A stretch of 64,000 nt of DNA. Source: Candidatus Multivoradales bacterium (GTDB lineage Bacteria; Acidobacteriota; Thermoanaerobaculia; Multivoradales; JAHEKO01). This document shows positions 60,380-64,000 of the stretch, in pieces. The notes under the pieces were generated by a model, which was not told the origin of the DNA, searched no databases, and worked only from the letters and a program-made list of their open reading frames with translations. The stretch is taken from positions 1,952,001 to 2,016,000 of the forward strand of contig CBDCXM010000009.1 of the NCBI GenBank assembly GCA_965223855.1, in the 5' to 3' direction. The position numbers were made by a program, and so were the translations under genes. Each line of letters opens with the position of its first letter. The first letter of the stretch is position 1.

Positions 60380-61572
60380 GAGAGATCTCCGCCGAGCCCG
60401 AGTTCACGATAGACCGCATGCCAGGCTTGCGCGATGGCTCGCGTGTCGAAATCGCGCGCCGCGCGAGCGCGACCCGCCTCGCCGTGCTGCTTGCGGAGAC
60501 CGGGATTGAGCAGGTACTCGGCGAGCGCACGAGACAGCGCGGGAATGTCACCGACCTCGACCAGCGTCCCGCACACACCGTCTTCGATCGCGTCGACCGT
60601 GCCCGTAGCGCGATAGCCGACGACCGGCAGACCTGCGGCGGCCGCCTCCAGCGGCACGTTGGGGAAGCCTTCGCGGTAGGAGGGTAGAGCGACGACATCC
60701 AGGGCGCCGTAGAGCCGCTCGACTTCGTCCGTGAACGGATGCCGCCGCACGTTCTCGTGGGCGTGCAGGGTCTGCTCGAGATCTGCCCCGACAGGGTCGC
60801 CGGTTTCGAAATCCCCGACGAGCAGGAGGTGGGCGTCCGGGATCTCGGCGCGGAGTAGCTCGAAGGCGGCATGGAGGTCGGCGATGCCCTTGTCGCGCGT
60901 GAGGCGGCCGATGAAGCCGATTACCGGTGCATCCCCGGGCAGGTCGAGTTCGGCGCGGACCGACCGGCGTATGCTCGGGTCTCGCGCCCTCTCGAAGGCA
61001 CCCGCGTCGACCCCGTTGGATGATCCCTTGCCGAGGACGCGAAGGGTGCGCCGGCCGGCGAGCCCAAGCTCTCGGTAGCGGTCGCGCAGGCTGGGCGAGA
61101 CACAGAAGAGCTCGGTGGCCAGGCTGGCCGTGATCTGCTCGGCCCGTTGGAGCAACCATCGCCTCAGCCCTCGTGCCGTCTCGAGCCGGAGGCCGCGAAC
61201 GAGGTAGATCACATGCCTGACTCCTGCGAGGCGCGCCGCAACCACTCCCAGCAAACCCGCCTTGGGGGTGCTGGCGTGGACGCAGTCGGGCGCCAGCCGG
61301 CGCAGTCGCCTGACGAGCCGCAGGAGCGTCACCAGATCGGCCCACGGGCGCATCTCACGGGCGATCGCGACGGCATGCACGGAGATGCCGGCCGTCGCTC
61401 CAACTCGGTCGAGGGCGGGCCCAGGGCTCGCCAGCAGATGTACCTCGTAGCCGGTCTCCCGCAGCGACTGAAGCTGTCCGCAAAGGAACCTCTCTGCGGT
61501 CATGGGGTGGGTCACGAGGTAGGCCAACCGGCTCAAGGCGGAACTCAGGGCTAAGGAGCGGAGGGGAGCCAC
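60376..61572 (-). CDS. Glycosyltransferase family 4 (PglA-like)
   Basis: STPKAGLLG, GSSNGVD, GRLTRDKGI, PSYREGFPNVPLEA. True start may be TTG 61536. Confidence 0.9.
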   Translation of the reverse strand: MAPLRSLALSSALSRLAYLVTHPMTAERFLCGQLQSLRETGYEVHLLASPGPALDRVGATAGISVHAVAIAREMRPWADLVTLLRLVRRLRRLAPDCVHASTPKAGLLGVVAARLAGVRHVIYLVRGLRLETARGLRRWLLQRAEQITASLATELFCVSPSLRDRYRELGLAGRRTLRVLGKGSSNGVDAGAFERARDPSIRRSVRAELDLPGDAPVIGFIGRLTRDKGIADLHAAFELLRAEIPDAHLLLVGDFETGDPVGADLEQTLHAHENVRRHPFTDEVERLYGALDVVALPSYREGFPNVPLEAAAAGLPVVGYRATGTVDAIEDGVCGTLVEVGDIPALSRALAEYLLNPGLRKQHGEAGRARAARDFDTRAIAQAWHAVYRELGLGGDLS

Positions 61573-62969
61573 GGGTCGGGCGACTGGCTCCGGAGCCTCG
61601 GTGGCGGCTCGCGGCGTGCCTCCCGGGTGGGCTTCTCCTGGCCTGGGCCGCTGGCGGCTGCCGGATCAGGCCGGAGAGCGGCCATCGCAGCTCGATAGCG
61701 CCGAGCGAAGAGCTCAGCTCCGAAGATGACGGCGGTCAGCAGCCAGAACGTGCGCTCGGTGACGTGACGATTGTAGGCGTAGCTCACGAGGAGACTCGAC
61801 AGGCCGGTGGCAAGGACGAGATAGGCGTTGCCGTAGGGCGTGCGTCGCATGGAGAGAAAGCCGAGCCACACGGAGCGAAGGAGTAGGCCCATGAAGGCGA
61901 GATAGAGGCCGAGCCCGATCATCCCCGTCTCGGCGACGAAGCGCATGGGCGTACTGTGGACCTCGTGCCCTGTCGGCGAGTAGTGAGACTTGGCGAAGCC
62001 GCCCCATCCGATGCCGATGAAGGGGTGGGTCGAGAACGCGTGTCGCACACCCTCTCGCTGGAGCTCGAGGAAGCCCTTCTCGACCGCGTCCTTTTCGGAG
62101 ACCGCAAGGGCTTCCTCGAGTCGGTCGTCGATCATTTGGACGCGCGTCTGGAAGAAGGCGAGCTGGGGGAGATAGCGCGGTCCGTAGGCGTACATGAAGT
62201 AGATCAGGGCGAAGGTGAAGACGCCGACGACGACGAGGCGCCAGCGCTTCTGCCGGGTGGCGATCAGGAAGCCGATACCGATGCCGAGGAGGCCGATGAG
62301 AAGCGAGAGGTAGACGGACCTCCGGCCGGCGACGGCGATAGCGTAGAGAGTCATGGCTACGCCGCTGTAGGCGATCAGCCGCTCCCGGAGCTTGAGCTCC
62401 GGCCACTGCGAATAGACGAGCACGATCCAGAAGGCGGTCAGCATGTAGCTCGCCATGTGCGCGCGGTTGCGGAAGGGGCCGACCTCCTGGACAGAACTCG
62501 GGCCGCTCATGCCCGCGACGATGATCCACGGGCCGACGATCAGAAGGGCAATGCCGACCCATCGAAGCAGGCTCCTGGGTGACACGCGATACTGCCGCAT
62601 GAGGTTGAAGATCACCAACAGGAAGAGCGCGAAGAAGATCTGAATCGCGATGTGGACAAGCCCCGCCCCACGCCTGTGGTCCGGGATGTTGAGTTGTGAC
62701 ACGACGGCAATGGCAAGGATGCCGAAGGCGACGCGGGTCGAGGCGTTGAAGGCGAGCGGTCGCCAGGTGCGGGACGAAAGAAGGAAGGCACCTATCAACA
62801 GAAGGCCGAGGATCTCGAAGGGCCCGATGTTGTTGCGAATCGACGGGACGAACTTCGCTTGCGTGAGGAAAGCAGTGAAGACCAGCGCACCGAGCGCGAG
62901 GCGGTAGGTCGCCGGCAGCGCTTCACGGAGGCTCGCGCCGGGTCCCGAGAGAGAGAGTTCATTCCTCAT
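61551..62969 (-). CDS. O-antigen polymerase/ligase (Wzy_C) family membrane protein
   Basis: Multiple TMs, GPFRNRAH, HPFIGIGWGGF, HSTPMRFVAETGMIGL. Confidence 0.8.
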   Translation of the reverse strand: MRNELSLSGPGASLREALPATYRLALGALVFTAFLTQAKFVPSIRNNIGPFEILGLLLIGAFLLSSRTWRPLAFNASTRVAFGILAIAVVSQLNIPDHRRGAGLVHIAIQIFFALFLLVIFNLMRQYRVSPRSLLRWVGIALLIVGPWIIVAGMSGPSSVQEVGPFRNRAHMASYMLTAFWIVLVYSQWPELKLRERLIAYSGVAMTLYAIAVAGRRSVYLSLLIGLLGIGIGFLIATRQKRWRLVVVGVFTFALIYFMYAYGPRYLPQLAFFQTRVQMIDDRLEEALAVSEKDAVEKGFLELQREGVRHAFSTHPFIGIGWGGFAKSHYSPTGHEVHSTPMRFVAETGMIGLGLYLAFMGLLLRSVWLGFLSMRRTPYGNAYLVLATGLSSLLVSYAYNRHVTERTFWLLTAVIFGAELFARRYRAAMAALRPDPAAASGPGQEKPTREARREPPPRLRSQSPDPWLPSAP

Positions 62970-64000
62970 CGAGCAGGCCGATCATAAGCTCTACGACGGT
63001 TCGGGTCGCGCGACCGGCGTGGGCGACATGGCGGTCGACGTACTGGCGAGCTCGATCCTGGCGGGCCGGGTCGGGGCGAGCGAGCGTGAGGAGTTCGAGC
63101 GGGAGACTCGGCCCGGGGACGATACCGAGGGCGGCTCCGGAGCTCACGTAGTCGTGGACGAAGCCGTGGCCTGGGGTCGCGAGCACCGCGAGGGGTTTGT
63201 GCCGCCGGAGCGCTTCGAGTCCCACCGTCGAACTCATGATGACGACGACGTCGGCCGCGTCGAGGGCTCGGTCGAGAGGCTCCTCGTCTGCGAAACGAAG
63301 CTTCGAGCCGAGAGCCGAGGTATAGAGGTCGCGCCCTTCACCGGGGTGAGGGCGGAGCGCCAGGCGGATCGAGCCGTCCGCAATCGCTGCTTCGAGCGGG
63401 GCGACGAAGGAGCGGGCGAGAGCGAGCTTCTCGGCCCGCGAACAGAAGCCTTGCGCGTCGATCGGGTTGGTGACGAGGAGGACATCCAGGGGCTCTCCTT
63501 CCCGCCACGGAGTCGGCTCCGGAACCGAGACGTCACCGTCGAATCGGGGGCTGCCGGTGACGTAGATTCGATCGCGCGGAATTCCGATCGATCGAAAGTG
63601 GTCCGCGCTGGCCTCGCCCCACACGGCCAGAGCCCGCGCACCGCCGAGGCCGTAGCTCGAGTCGGCGAGGGGGAGGGTGAAGCGCGCCCCTTCCTGGGCG
63701 AGTACGAAGTCGATTCCGCGCCGGCGGAGCCACGCTGCGAGCCGGTCATAGGGAAAGGCGTCGTCGTTTGGCAGCACGGCGAGCCGCGCCGACTCCGGAA
63801 CGGACCGGCCGAGGCGGGGCTCGATTAGGGCACGCCAGGCGAAGGTGTACAGCGCGCCGCGACCGGCGCCGGGAGTAGCTCCACCGGCAGTACGCCGGCG
63901 CGCGAGCCACCGCGGCCAGAGGCGCTCGACCTCGGCGCCGGCGCGGAGGAGGAGTTCATGAGGTGTGTCGAATCCGCGAAGCTCGCAGAGCGAGCGCACG
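62959..64000 (-). CDS. GT-B fold capsular polysaccharide biosynthesis protein, 5' end outside the window
   Basis: QEG, VWGE, VTGSPRFD, RPHPGE, SSTVGLEAL motifs; the frame runs off the window end. Confidence 0.65.
   Translation of the reverse strand, partial: VRSLCELRGFDTPHELLLRAGAEVERLWPRWLARRRTAGGATPGAGRGALYTFAWRALIEPRLGRSVPESARLAVLPNDDAFPYDRLAAWLRRRGIDFVLAQEGARFTLPLADSSYGLGGARALAVWGEASADHFRSIGIPRDRIYVTGSPRFDGDVSVPEPTPWREGEPLDVLLVTNPIDAQGFCSRAEKLALARSFVAPLEAAIADGSIRLALRPHPGEGRDLYTSALGSKLRFADEEPLDRALDAADVVVIMSSTVGLEALRRHKPLAVLATPGHGFVHDYVSSGAALGIVPGPSLPLELLTLARPDPARQDRARQYVDRHVAHAGRATRTVVELMIGLLDEE

Overview
High-GC bacterial window; gene content and style suggest Acidobacteriota or a similar diderm lineage (inference only). 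Two blocks of surface-glycan genes flank a central accessory region. The left block (1-26.2 kb) has sugar-modifying enzymes, exported msrA/msrB, ispA-tlyA-nadK, tamB plus an Omp85 gene, and a sat/cysC-flippase-sulfotransferase-GT-wecG-wbaP cluster for a probably sulfated polysaccharide. The right block (42.9-64 kb) has a nonulosonic-acid cluster with an ABC exporter and an AlgI-type acylation pair, converging on a pglA/C/D/E/F-like bacillosamine cluster with wzy. The centre holds a short direct-repeat array, a CIRCE-regulated groES-groEL operon, a beta-helix gene, a 2952-aa teneurin-like RHS/YD protein with a putative toxin tip and immunity gene, a perfect 211-bp duplication, a RAYT/IS200-like HUH transposase bracketed by inverted end motifs, and a small secreted OB-fold-like protein. 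The most unusual feature is an array of about 5.4 x 179 bp directly after groEL. Each unit re-copies the last codons of groEL (GMGGMGGF*), its terminator and a folded cloverleaf with GNA triloops. The tail copies differ almost only at synonymous positions and the hairpins covary, which suggests serial, targeted replacement of the groEL 3' end by a tiny structured element. No rRNA, tRNA or CRISPR-cas was recognised.
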